Of a stretch of DNA of 39,754 nt, positions 27,004 to 36,967 are shown piece by piece. The notes below the pieces were generated by a model. The model was not told the origin of the DNA and ran no database searches. It worked only from the letters and a program-made list of their open reading frames with translations. Source of the DNA: Kayfunavirus BDX03P1; the sequence record OZ035818.1; one strand, given 5' to 3'. The position numbers and the translations under genes are program-made. Position 1 is the stretch's first letter, and each line of letters starts with the position of its first letter.

Positions 27004-27230
27004 TGGCTAGTCACAACCTGAAGATTCACCGCCAGCACTTTGGTCCGGTACAACTAGGTCTAAAGACAGCAGAGCTGAGACTTAACGACCGGGACTTTAA
27101 GGTTGGCGACTGGCTTATCCTGAATGAGTGGGACAACGGGTATACTGGACAACAGGTAGCACGTAAGGTTGTCCACATTGCTGACGTTGGTGACATCGCT
27201 GAGGGATACGTCCTAATGAGTATGATTTAA
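27003..27230 (+). CDS. ASCH/PUA-like small protein (DUF3850-like)
   Basis: 75 aa; pattern H.LK.....F.PV..G.KT.ELRLNDRDFKVGDWLILNEW....YTG......V.........EGYVLMS matches my recollection of DUF3850; no T7 gene between gp11 and gp12. Confidence 0.55.
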   Translation: MASHNLKIHRQHFGPVQLGLKTAELRLNDRDFKVGDWLILNEWDNGYTGQQVARKVVHIADVGDIAEGYVLMSMI

Positions 27231-27239
27231 GGAGGGCCT

Positions 27240-29597
27240 ATGCCACTAATTACTCAATCAATCAAGAACCTTAAAGGCGGTATTAGCCAGCAGCCAGACA
27301 TACTGAGGTTCTCCGACCAAGGCGAGGAGCAAGTTAACTGCTGGTCATCAGAGAGTGATGGCCTCCAGAAGCGTCCACCTACAGTCTTCAAGCGACGTCT
27401 TAACATAGACGTTGGGAGCAACCCTAAGTTCCACCTGATTAACCGTGATGAGCAGGAGCAGTATTACATCGTGTTCAACGGGTCCAACATTCAGGTAGTT
27501 GACTTGAGTGGTAATCAATACTCAGTTTCCGGTGTGGTAGATTACGTTAAGTCGTCCAACCCGCGAGATGACATCCGTGTCGTTACCGTTGCAGACTATA
27601 CGTTCATCGTGAACCGTAAGGTTGTCGTTAAAGGTGGAATCGAGAAGTCACACTCTGGTTATAATCGTAAAGCTCGTGCTTTAATCAACCTGCGTGGTGG
27701 ACAGTATGGTCGCACCCTTAAGGTAGGAATCAACGGAGGCGTTAAGGTAGAGCATAAGTTGCCAGCAGGTAATGATGCCGAGAATGACCCTCCTAAGGTT
27801 GATGCTCAGGCTATCGGTGCAGCTCTGAGAGACCTTCTTGTTGCTGCTTACCCTACCTTCACGTTCGACCTTGGGTCTGGATTCCTGTTAATCACTGCCC
27901 CTTCAGGGACTGACATTAACTCAGTGGAGACGGAGGATGGTTACGCTAACCAGCTAATCAGCCCAGTACTCGACACGGTGCAAACAATCTCTAAGTTGCC
28001 TCTTGCGGCTCCAAATGGGTACATCATTAAGATTCAAGGTGAGACCAACAGTAGCGCCGATGAGTATTACGTGATGTATGACTCCAACACTAAGACGTGG
28101 AAGGAGACAGTAGAGCCGGGAGTGGTCACTGGGTTCGATAACACCACAATGCCACATGCTCTGGTTAGACAATCTGACGGATCCTTTGAGTTCAAGACTC
28201 TGGACTGGTCTAAGCGTGGTGCTGGTAATGATGACACAAACCCTATGCCTAGCTTCGTGGATGCCACGATTAACGATGTGTTCTTCTACAGGAATAGGCT
28301 GGGGTTCTTGTCAGGAGAGAACGTAATCATGAGCCGTTCAGCAAGCTACTTTGCGTTCTTCCCTAAGAGTGTGGCGACACTGAGTGATGATGATCCTATT
28401 GACGTAGCTGTAAGTCACCCTAGAATCTCAATCCTTAAGTATGCCGTTCCGTTTAGTGAGCAGCTACTACTTTGGTCAGATGAGGTGCAGTTCGTGATGA
28501 CAAGCTCAGGGGTCCTTACCTCGAAGTCTATCCAGCTTGATGTAGGCTCAGAGTTTGCCTTAGGAGATAATGCCCGACCGTTCGCTGTAGGACGCTCAGT
28601 CTTCTTCTCAGCACCTCGTGGGTCCTTCACCAGCATTAAGCGATACTTCGCTGTAGCAGATGTGTCTGACGTGAAGGATGCCGATGATACCACTGGTCAC
28701 GTACTGTCCTATATCCCTAACGGGGTGTTTGACATTCAGGGAACAGGGACTGAGAACTACATCTGCGTAAACTCTACAGGTGCATACAACCGAATCTACC
28801 TCTACAAGTTCTTGTTTAAGGACGGAGTACAGCTTCAAGCCTCTTGGTCGCACTGGGAGTTCCCTAAAGCTGATAAGATTCTGGCGTCTGCGTCGATTGG
28901 CTCTACCATGTTCATTGTTCGTCAGCACCAAGGCGGCGTGGACCTTGAGCATCTTAAGTTCATCAAGGAGGCAACTGACTTTCCGTTAGAGCCATATAGA
29001 CTCCACGTTGACTCCAAGGTGTCTATGGTAATACCAATTGGCTCATACAACACTGACACCTATAAGACTACGGTTGACATTGGCTCTGCTTATGGTGGAA
29101 ACGCTCCGTCTCCCGGTAGGTACTATCTGATTGACAGTCAGGGTGCCTACGTGGACCTTGGTGAATTGACCGACATCTCAACTGTGGCTGTACTCAATGG
29201 TGATTGGTCAGGACGTACAGTGTTCATCGGACGGTCTTATCTGATGTCCTACAAGTTCTCACGGTTCCTGATTAAGATTGAAGACGAGAGTGGCACTCAG
29301 TCTGAAGATACTGGACGCCTCCAACTTCGGCGGGCTTGGGTCAACTACAAGGACACTGGTGCTCTTAGACTCATTGTCAGAAACGGTGAGCGGGAGTTCG
29401 TGAACACCTTTAATGGGTACACCCTTGGTCAGCAAACCATAGGGACTACCAGCATTGGGGATGGTCAGTATCGATTCGCTATGAATGGCAACGCATTAAC
29501 CACGAGTCTAACCTTAGAGTCAGACTATCCTACCCCAGTGTCCATCGTTGGGTGTGGCTGGGAGGCGTCATACGCTAAGAAAGCTCGTCCCGTCTAA
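27240..29597 (+). CDS. tail tubular protein B (T7 gp12-like)
   Basis: 785 aa, size and position; N-terminus MPLITQSIKNLKGGISQQPDILR typical of gp12. Confidence 0.9.
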   Translation: MPLITQSIKNLKGGISQQPDILRFSDQGEEQVNCWSSESDGLQKRPPTVFKRRLNIDVGSNPKFHLINRDEQEQYYIVFNGSNIQVVDLSGNQYSVSGVVDYVKSSNPRDDIRVVTVADYTFIVNRKVVVKGGIEKSHSGYNRKARALINLRGGQYGRTLKVGINGGVKVEHKLPAGNDAENDPPKVDAQAIGAALRDLLVAAYPTFTFDLGSGFLLITAPSGTDINSVETEDGYANQLISPVLDTVQTISKLPLAAPNGYIIKIQGETNSSADEYYVMYDSNTKTWKETVEPGVVTGFDNTTMPHALVRQSDGSFEFKTLDWSKRGAGNDDTNPMPSFVDATINDVFFYRNRLGFLSGENVIMSRSASYFAFFPKSVATLSDDDPIDVAVSHPRISILKYAVPFSEQLLLWSDEVQFVMTSSGVLTSKSIQLDVGSEFALGDNARPFAVGRSVFFSAPRGSFTSIKRYFAVADVSDVKDADDTTGHVLSYIPNGVFDIQGTGTENYICVNSTGAYNRIYLYKFLFKDGVQLQASWSHWEFPKADKILASASIGSTMFIVRQHQGGVDLEHLKFIKEATDFPLEPYRLHVDSKVSMVIPIGSYNTDTYKTTVDIGSAYGGNAPSPGRYYLIDSQGAYVDLGELTDISTVAVLNGDWSGRTVFIGRSYLMSYKFSRFLIKIEDESGTQSEDTGRLQLRRAWVNYKDTGALRLIVRNGEREFVNTFNGYTLGQQTIGTTSIGDGQYRFAMNGNALTTSLTLESDYPTPVSIVGCGWEASYAKKARPV

Positions 29598-29621
29598 CTT
29601 ATTGAAGGGCCTATAGATTTA

Positions 29622-29644
29622 CCTTAACTATCACTATAGGGACT
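29622..29644 (+). promoter_or_regulatory. phage RNAP promoter (phi13-like)
   Basis: ccttaactatcactatagggact. Confidence 0.65.
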
Positions 29645-29673
29645 ATAGGCCCTTAAGGTTATAAGGAGACTTT

Positions 29674-30144
29674 ATGTATATTCGCAAGGCTACGGAACAG
29701 GATGTCCACTACTTTCTGTGGCATCTTTCAGCAGACGATGTTAATGAGTGCAAAGCAAACTACGGGTCAACCGTGGGTCTCTCAGAGAGACTGCTTAAGC
29801 ACCTATCTCCGTCATCTGTGGTTTTAACGAACGGTGTAGGTGAAGTGTTTGCCTATGGTGGAAACCAAGGGGATAACGTATGGTTTTTGACTTCGGGTCT
29901 GGTCTACAAGCTGGGGCCTAAAGAGAAGCTAGAGTTCATAAAGCGTATCTCTGAGTACAGGGACTTAATGTTAGACCAATACGGGACCATCTGGAACTAC
30001 GTGTGGTCAGGCAATAAGTCTCACATTAAATTCTTGAAGTTGCTTGGCGCTAAGTTCCATGATGATTGGACTGTAAGCCCAGTAACTGGTGAGCGTTTTC
30101 AACTATTCACTATCTCTAAGGAGGACGTATGTGCGAGCCAGTAA
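29674..30144 (+). CDS. gp13-like protein (internal virion/assembly protein, by position)
   Basis: 156-aa ORF between gp12 and gp14. Confidence 0.55.
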   Translation: MYIRKATEQDVHYFLWHLSADDVNECKANYGSTVGLSERLLKHLSPSSVVLTNGVGEVFAYGGNQGDNVWFLTSGLVYKLGPKEKLEFIKRISEYRDLMLDQYGTIWNYVWSGNKSHIKFLKLLGAKFHDDWTVSPVTGERFQLFTISKEDVCASQ

Positions 30145-30716
30145 GTATCGGCATGGGCATTATGGCTGTAGCTGGTGCCGCTATGTCCGCTTCTAGTCAG
30201 GCCAAAGCTGAGGGTGCTGCTATCGACGCTCAGAACCGTCAGGCTCAGGAGATGGTTAAGCAGATGAACTACTCTGACGCCAACCTGAAGATGCAGGAGC
30301 GAGACCTGAAGGAACAGCAGATGGCTGAACTGACAGAGACCACGTTAAACGGTGTCCGCAATCAGGGTATGGTCCGAGCTGCGGTAGCTGAGTCCGGTTT
30401 GGAAGGTAACTCCATGGACAGGATTGAACGTCAGGTAGAGGGAGATACAGTCAAGGAGCGAGCCGGGATTACCGAAAGCTACAACCGCGACTATGCGGCT
30501 ATCTTTGGGAACCGTATCGCCAACATTGAGAACACCAAGTCTGCCATCCGTGGTCAAGGTAAAATAATCAAGACCAGCCCACTGGCTCATGCACTTAATG
30601 TTGCCAACGCAGGGATGCAGGGATACGCTGCTGGTAAGTCAATCTCTGGGGCTTCAAGCTCTGGTGGTTCTGCACCGATTAGTGCTGCTAAAGGCACACC
30701 TACAGGTCATAGCTAA
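30129..30716 (+). CDS. internal virion protein B (T7 gp14-like)
   Basis: 195 aa; GSSMDRI, YNRDYAAIF, PIxAAKGT resemble T7 gp14. Confidence 0.85.
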   Translation: MCEPVSIGMGIMAVAGAAMSASSQAKAEGAAIDAQNRQAQEMVKQMNYSDANLKMQERDLKEQQMAELTETTLNGVRNQGMVRAAVAESGLEGNSMDRIERQVEGDTVKERAGITESYNRDYAAIFGNRIANIENTKSAIRGQGKIIKTSPLAHALNVANAGMQGYAAGKSISGASSSGGSAPISAAKGTPTGHS

Positions 30717-30727
30717 GAGGAGGACTA

Positions 30728-33010
30728 ATGGCTAGTAATATTGAATCAGCTCTGGCTAATCGGACTATGGGTCGTGGCAGAGCGCCTGGTAAAACTATCG
30801 CCGTCAACTATCAAGCAGCCAGCGTTCAGGCTCCAACTGGTGACTCTGGTCTGGCGCGTGCGTTAACTAACTTCGTTGAGTCTGGGACTGGATTGTACAA
30901 GCAGTTCAAAGACGAGGAGAAGACCAGAGCCGACGAGCGGTCTAACGAGATTATCCGTAAGCTGACTCCTCAGCAGAGACGAGAGGCTATCCAGAACGGG
31001 ACACTGCTGTATCAGGACGACCCGTATGCTATGGAAGCACTTCGAGTCAAGACGGGTAGAAACGCTGCCTTTGCGGTAGACGATGAGATTAACGTTAAGA
31101 TTCAGAACGGTGAGTTCCGTACACGTCAGGACATGGAAGAGTATCGCCACCAGCGACTTCAGGACGCCGCTAAGTCCTATGCTGAAGAGGCAGGTATTAA
31201 CCCTACAGATGAGTTCTTCCAGCGCGGGTTCAACGATAACATCACAGACCGCAACATCGCTATCTATGGGTCTTTCAATAAGTATTTCAGCAAGCAGTCT
31301 GAAGAGACAGCAATGTTGAACACTCGTATTGAGATGAACTCGTTCCTTAACGATGGGGACCTGATGCGTTCGCCTGAGTCTGGAAAGACCTTCATGGCCT
31401 ACCTTCGGGATGGACTAACGACTGCTGCTATCCCTTCGGACCAGCGAGCACGAGAGGTCATTACCCAGACGGTCCGTGACGCAATCCAGAAATCAGGCGG
31501 CTCAAACTTCTTACAACAAGTACGAGGTGAGCGAATCACCCTTAACGGTGTGGATGCTACAGTCGAAGAGATTGTAGGACCTGATGTCTTCAACGCTGCT
31601 ATTGTTGAGGCACAAGGCACTGAGTACAAGCTGGTTGCTAAGTATCAGGAAGACTTGGCTTTAGGCGTTCAGTCTGCGATTCTTCAGGATGACCCGACCA
31701 TCGGTCTGGCCCAGATTCAGAAACTCAAGGAGCAGAACAACCTGCTTCAACCGGGTGAAGAACTCACGCCTCAGCGTCAGATGCTTATTAATGCCGAAGC
31801 CAGCTTGCTTGAAGCGGTAAAGCGTAAGTCTGCTGAACAGGCGAAGGAGAACACTAAGTTAATCCAGACTCAGAACAAGCAACTGGTCATTGACCAAGTG
31901 TATCAGCGACGTCTGGCTGGGGACAACGTGTCCACCAACTATGAGGACCTTCCAGTCTCAGATGCTACAGGCGAGTTCAAGCGTTCTGACATGAACAACT
32001 ATGCGTCTGCCAAGCTACAGCAGATTGACCAGATGGACATACCTGAGGCTGCTAAAGACGCTCAGAAGGTGGCATTGTTAAGAGCTGACACTAACAACGG
32101 TCCATTCCGTAATGCCTTCCAGACTCTAACTCAGGACGCTGCTGGCGAGTGGCAAGCTGCGGTCATCCGGGGACAGTACGACCCAGACAAGATGCAACGC
32201 TTCGAGTCTCTTCGTCGTGCCTACACTCAGGACCCTTCAAGTTTTGCAGCTCTGTATCCTGACCAAGCTCAGTTGTTCTCTACGTTCGACCAGATGGACA
32301 AGATGGGTCTGGACCCTCAGACGATGATTGAAGCTGATAAGCAAGCTGCAAGTCAAAGCCGTGAGATGCGCATGGAGTCAGACAAGGCGTGGCAGGAGTT
32401 GAAGAACGACTCCAAGAACACCCAGTTGTCTCGCCTCCCAACGTCTCTGGACTCAAGTGCTCGTAAGGTCTGGGACTCATGGTACTATCGTACAGGTAAC
32501 GCTGACGCTGCAACTCAGCAGACTCAACGCTGGCTGAATGAGAACACAGTAACGTTCCAGTCTGAAGGTTCTGACGGTAAGTCAATCGGCATGGTGTCCA
32601 AGCACCAGCTTATGGTTGGGGACAACCCAGAGTCGTGGCAGGTGGGTCGAGATATTATCGACACCGCTCGTCAGCAGCTCATTAAGGCCAACCCTTGGGT
32701 AGTGAACTCTCAGTTGTCCGTTGTTGAACAGAACGGCTCTATCTTCCTCCAAGACGCTACAGGGACTATTCGTATTCGCTACGATAAAGAACTTGTAGGT
32801 AAACTCTACCGCGAACAACAGCAGAAGGCACAAGATGCCGCATACGCTCAGGCAGAACGTGACGCTAACAAGCGAGCGCGTATCGTCGGGACTAAAGCTG
32901 CTGGTGACAAACGTCGAGCTGACCGAGAGGCCAACATCGAGAAGCGCGGTGGGATGTACAATGACGTCTCACTGGAGGGTATCGCAAACGTACTAATTGG
33001 TAAGGAGTAA
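30728..33010 (+). CDS. internal virion protein C (T7 gp15-like)
   Basis: 760 aa; ERSNEIIRKLTPQQRREAIQNGTLLYQDDPYAMEALRVKTGRNAA nearly identical to T7 gp15. Confidence 0.9.
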   Translation: MASNIESALANRTMGRGRAPGKTIAVNYQAASVQAPTGDSGLARALTNFVESGTGLYKQFKDEEKTRADERSNEIIRKLTPQQRREAIQNGTLLYQDDPYAMEALRVKTGRNAAFAVDDEINVKIQNGEFRTRQDMEEYRHQRLQDAAKSYAEEAGINPTDEFFQRGFNDNITDRNIAIYGSFNKYFSKQSEETAMLNTRIEMNSFLNDGDLMRSPESGKTFMAYLRDGLTTAAIPSDQRAREVITQTVRDAIQKSGGSNFLQQVRGERITLNGVDATVEEIVGPDVFNAAIVEAQGTEYKLVAKYQEDLALGVQSAILQDDPTIGLAQIQKLKEQNNLLQPGEELTPQRQMLINAEASLLEAVKRKSAEQAKENTKLIQTQNKQLVIDQVYQRRLAGDNVSTNYEDLPVSDATGEFKRSDMNNYASAKLQQIDQMDIPEAAKDAQKVALLRADTNNGPFRNAFQTLTQDAAGEWQAAVIRGQYDPDKMQRFESLRRAYTQDPSSFAALYPDQAQLFSTFDQMDKMGLDPQTMIEADKQAASQSREMRMESDKAWQELKNDSKNTQLSRLPTSLDSSARKVWDSWYYRTGNADAATQQTQRWLNENTVTFQSEGSDGKSIGMVSKHQLMVGDNPESWQVGRDIIDTARQQLIKANPWVVNSQLSVVEQNGSIFLQDATGTIRIRYDKELVGKLYREQQQKAQDAAYAQAERDANKRARIVGTKAAGDKRRADREANIEKRGGMYNDVSLEGIANVLIGKE

Positions 33011-36000
33011 CATAATGGCGACTCGTGGTATTCGCAATAACAATCCGGGTAACATCCGGGTAAGTAAGGACCAATGGGAAGGAATGACTGGAGATGATGG
33101 CGCATTCGTCACCTTCGATAGTCCAGAGTCTGGCGTCCGAGCTTTAGGTAAAAACCTGCTGTCCTACGGTCGCCAAGGTTATGACTCCATCGAGAAGATT
33201 ATCAACAGATGGGCACCTCCTAACGAGAACGACACTAAGGCTTATATTGACTCAGTTGTGGCTGCAACTGGTATTCCAGCTACCCAGAGTCTAGACCTCT
33301 CGAACCCGGACACCCTGTCTTCTCTGGCTCAAGCTATCAGCTTCCATGAGACAGGCTCCCGGTATGACCCTGAAGTCTATCAGAAGGGAGTCGAACGAGC
33401 ACTCAATGGCATTAGCCCAAAGACTCCACCAGTAAGCGCTAACGTATTTGACGCACTCACGGAAGGACTCAAGGCTAAACCTAAAGTAGCTCTGGGTGAG
33501 AACCTTCCGACCGCTGCTGGTCTGAACATTGAGGGTCAAGCACCTGAAGCTCCCAACGAATCGTTCGGTGAGATGTTCTATAAGGCTACTGGAGAGACCA
33601 TGCAGGAACGAGAGGACCGCTCTACGTGGTTCGGTTTCGGTGCGGCTACAGAAGCTGAAGTGAAGAACTCTATGATCGGCGTGGCTATACGAGCTGGTCA
33701 GACTGAGGACTCACTGGATGTCATTGGCGATGTGTTCAACCCAACCCGATGGAACAACCATAAGTGGTCTCGTGAGGAGCTGGACCAGATTCGTAACGCT
33801 GGGGTTCTGCCTCAGTATTACGGAGTCATTACTGGCGGTTCTCCTCAGAATCTGACAGAGCTGATTAACTTGGCGCTTGAGAACCAGAAGTTGGACCAAG
33901 AGAAGGCCAAGGCTGGGACTGGCGCTCAACTGGCGGCTGGTGTGATTGGTGCTGGTGTGGACCCTCTGACCTACGTTCCTATTGCTGGGCAGGTAGGTAA
34001 AGGTGGGAAGCTAATCAACAAGATGTTCACTGTGGCTGCTCAGTCTGGTGCTCTGGCTGGGACATCCGAGATTGCTCGAACCTCAGTTGCTGGTGGGGAC
34101 GCTCATGTGGCTGAGGCCATTATGGGCGGTGCTCTCTTCGGTGGTGGTATGACTGCTATAGCTGATGGACTAGGCAGAGCCTTAGGTCGCAACACTAACG
34201 AGTTCGCTGGTCCAGCTACACGTCTGGAAGCTCGCGAGACTGCACGTAATGTTGACGGTCAAGACCTGTCGCGTATGCCAATCCGTGAAGGAGAGGAGAC
34301 CTTTAGTCACCAAGGCGTTAAGTTCGCTGACGTGCCGAATGAGCCGGGAAGTGTACGATTAGAAGATGGTTCAATCTTGATTGGTGAGAACCCTCTGAAC
34401 CCTAAGACCCGTCAAGTCTTTGACGAAGTGATTGAGCCGGAACGTGCCGCTGCTGGTGTGAACCTTGGTGGACTTACCGAGATTGGCCTGAAGCTGCTTC
34501 GGTCTGAGAACCCTGAGATTCGTGGAGTAGCTGCTGACTTAGTACGTTCACCGACTGGTATGCAGTCTGGGGCCTCAGGTAAAATAGGGACAACTGCATC
34601 AGACGTGTTCGAGAGACTTCGTGCTGTGGACCATCGGTTCTACAACGACATCGACGATGCGGTTACTGAGGCCCTAAAGGACCCGTACTTCCAGACAGCA
34701 TTCTGGCGAGACTCTGGCGCATTCCGTCAGGACATCTACCAGCGTGTGTCTATGGCTATCGAAGATGGTAGCGGAAACCTGAAGGCTGAACTGACTCCGG
34801 GAGAACTGAAAGTCTATGACCTGCTGAAGAACCAGTTCGACGCCAAGCGTGAGATGATGGAGAACCCAGCTATGTTTGGTCGCCCAGACGCTCAGTCTAT
34901 CTTTCCGGGTAGCCGCTTCAAGGGAACATACGTCCCTCATGTGTATAGCAAACAGATGAAGGAGCTGTACATCAAGGAGCTTGGGAGTCCAGAGGCGTTG
35001 CAGGAGGCCATCAAGAAGTCATGGCTTACCAGCTATGCGTCTCGATCTGAAGTCAAGAAACGCGTGGACGAGGCACTCTTAGAGGCTGACCCTACGTTGA
35101 CTCCAGATGGACTTGCTGCTGCGGTCGATAAGTACGCCAACGATAAGGCTTACGGTATCTCTCACACCGAGCAGTTCGAACGTTCATCCGTAATGGAAGA
35201 GAACATCAACGGTCTGGTTGGTCTGGAGAACAACAGCTTCCTTGAGGCTCGTAACCTGTTCGATAGCGATATGTCAATCGTCCTACCTAACGGTCAGACA
35301 TTCAGTGTAAACAATCTGCGTGAGTGGGACATGGACAAGATTGTCCCGGCCTACAACCGTCGAGTTAATGGAGACATTGCTATCATGGCTGGTACAGGCA
35401 GAACCACGAAGGACATGAAGGACTTGGTTGAGACCATGATGAACAAGGCCGGGGATGACGGCAAGTTGAAAGGTGAGGTATCTACCTTACGTGACACCTT
35501 GAAGATTCTCACTGGTCGTGCTCGGCGTGATGGGGCTGATGATGCAGCCTTCGCTACAGTGATGCGTACAATGACAGACCTATCGTTCTTCGCTAAGAAT
35601 GCCTACATGGGTGTTCAGAACTTGACGGAGATTGGTGGTATGCTGGCTCGTGGCAACGTTCGTGCGCTTCTGCATGGAGTCCCGATGTTCCGTGACCTAG
35701 CCTTCCGTAACAAGAAGGTAGGAGCTTCAGAGATTAAGGACCTGCACAATGTTATCTTCGGTAAGGAACTGGATGACTCAATCCGTCCGTCTAAACAGGA
35801 TGTCATTGACCGTCTGCGGTCTTACAGTGACCTCGGTCGTGGTGCAGCTACAGCTCTGGGGACTGCCAAGTATTACACTGGTGAACTTGCAGTACGCTCT
35901 CCGTTCACTAAAGTCCTCAACGGTACGACCAACTACCTGTTAGATGCTGGACGTCAAGGCTTCCTGTCTGACATCGTGGAGCATAGTCTGACTGGTAGTA

Positions 36001-36902
36001 AGCGTAAGTTCGATGACCGCTGGCTTAAGACAGCTGGTATATCTGACGAGCAGTGGAAGGGCATTAAGTCCCTAATCCGTGAGTCAGTGACTCGTGGTCC
36101 AGACGGGAAGTATACCATCAAGGATAAGAAGGCGTTCAGTCAGGACCCAAGGTCTATGGACCTGTGGCGTATGGGTGACACCATCGCTGACGAAACGTTA
36201 CTCCGGCCCCACAAGCTGTCAAACATGGACGCCAAGGCTTATGGTCCTCTCGCTAAGACTGTCCTTCAGTTTAAGAACTTCGTCATCAAGTCCATCAATG
36301 GACGTACCATGCGAACCTTCTATAACGCCACGAAGAACAACCGAGCGATGGACGCTGCTCTGTCCACTGTGATCTCTATGGGTCTTGCTGGTATCTACTA
36401 CATGGCTCAGGCGCATGTCAAGGCTTACGCTATGCAGGATGGTCGAGACCGTGACTACCTCAAGCAAGCTCTGGACCCGACGATGATTGGATATGCAGCT
36501 CTATCACGTAGTTCACACCTTGGTGGACCACTTGGGGTAGCTAACATTCTTGGTGGTATCGCTGGGTATGAGGACACTAAGATGCTCCGTTCGTCTATCC
36601 TCCCTCGTTCACCTACAGAGAAGCCTGAACGTGCCATCGCATATGGTGCGGCTACAAGTGACCCTGTGATGAATGTCGTCGGTAACTTCTTGGAGCAGGT
36701 CCCGGCTTTCGGCTATGCTGCTAACGTTGGCGCTTCGGCTTACAACTTGGCTGGCTATCTCAATGCTGATACTCGTGTCAATGAGCGTGACTACATGACC
36801 GGGATGTATAACACGTTCCGTGAACTGGTCCCGAACGACCCGATTACCCAGAAGTTACTGCTTGGAACGTTTGAGGAGCAAGGTATCCACATCAAGGACT
36901 AA
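32997..36902 (+). CDS. internal virion protein D (T7 gp16-like), N-terminal domain divergent from T7
   Basis: 1301 aa; residues from about 200 onward colinear with T7 gp16 (PTRWN, VTGGSP, LEARETARN, VRSPTGMQSGASGK, KGTYVPHVY); N-terminal ~190 aa lacks the SLT-type E-S / GLMQ motifs. Confidence 0.9.
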   Translation: MVRSNIMATRGIRNNNPGNIRVSKDQWEGMTGDDGAFVTFDSPESGVRALGKNLLSYGRQGYDSIEKIINRWAPPNENDTKAYIDSVVAATGIPATQSLDLSNPDTLSSLAQAISFHETGSRYDPEVYQKGVERALNGISPKTPPVSANVFDALTEGLKAKPKVALGENLPTAAGLNIEGQAPEAPNESFGEMFYKATGETMQEREDRSTWFGFGAATEAEVKNSMIGVAIRAGQTEDSLDVIGDVFNPTRWNNHKWSREELDQIRNAGVLPQYYGVITGGSPQNLTELINLALENQKLDQEKAKAGTGAQLAAGVIGAGVDPLTYVPIAGQVGKGGKLINKMFTVAAQSGALAGTSEIARTSVAGGDAHVAEAIMGGALFGGGMTAIADGLGRALGRNTNEFAGPATRLEARETARNVDGQDLSRMPIREGEETFSHQGVKFADVPNEPGSVRLEDGSILIGENPLNPKTRQVFDEVIEPERAAAGVNLGGLTEIGLKLLRSENPEIRGVAADLVRSPTGMQSGASGKIGTTASDVFERLRAVDHRFYNDIDDAVTEALKDPYFQTAFWRDSGAFRQDIYQRVSMAIEDGSGNLKAELTPGELKVYDLLKNQFDAKREMMENPAMFGRPDAQSIFPGSRFKGTYVPHVYSKQMKELYIKELGSPEALQEAIKKSWLTSYASRSEVKKRVDEALLEADPTLTPDGLAAAVDKYANDKAYGISHTEQFERSSVMEENINGLVGLENNSFLEARNLFDSDMSIVLPNGQTFSVNNLREWDMDKIVPAYNRRVNGDIAIMAGTGRTTKDMKDLVETMMNKAGDDGKLKGEVSTLRDTLKILTGRARRDGADDAAFATVMRTMTDLSFFAKNAYMGVQNLTEIGGMLARGNVRALLHGVPMFRDLAFRNKKVGASEIKDLHNVIFGKELDDSIRPSKQDVIDRLRSYSDLGRGAATALGTAKYYTGELAVRSPFTKVLNGTTNYLLDAGRQGFLSDIVEHSLTGSKRKFDDRWLKTAGISDEQWKGIKSLIRESVTRGPDGKYTIKDKKAFSQDPRSMDLWRMGDTIADETLLRPHKLSNMDAKAYGPLAKTVLQFKNFVIKSINGRTMRTFYNATKNNRAMDAALSTVISMGLAGIYYMAQAHVKAYAMQDGRDRDYLKQALDPTMIGYAALSRSSHLGGPLGVANILGGIAGYEDTKMLRSSILPRSPTEKPERAIAYGAATSDPVMNVVGNFLEQVPAFGYAANVGASAYNLAGYLNADTRVNERDYMTGMYNTFRELVPNDPITQKLLLGTFEEQGIHIKD

Positions 36903-36920
36903 ACTATCACTATAGGAAAC
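36898..36920 (+). promoter_or_regulatory. phage RNAP promoter (phi17-like)
   Basis: ctaaactatcactataggaaacg; overlaps gp16 stop. Confidence 0.65.
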
Positions 36921-36967
36921 GGGACGCTACCATAGGTCCCATTTAATTCAAAACTTAAGGAGGCCAA

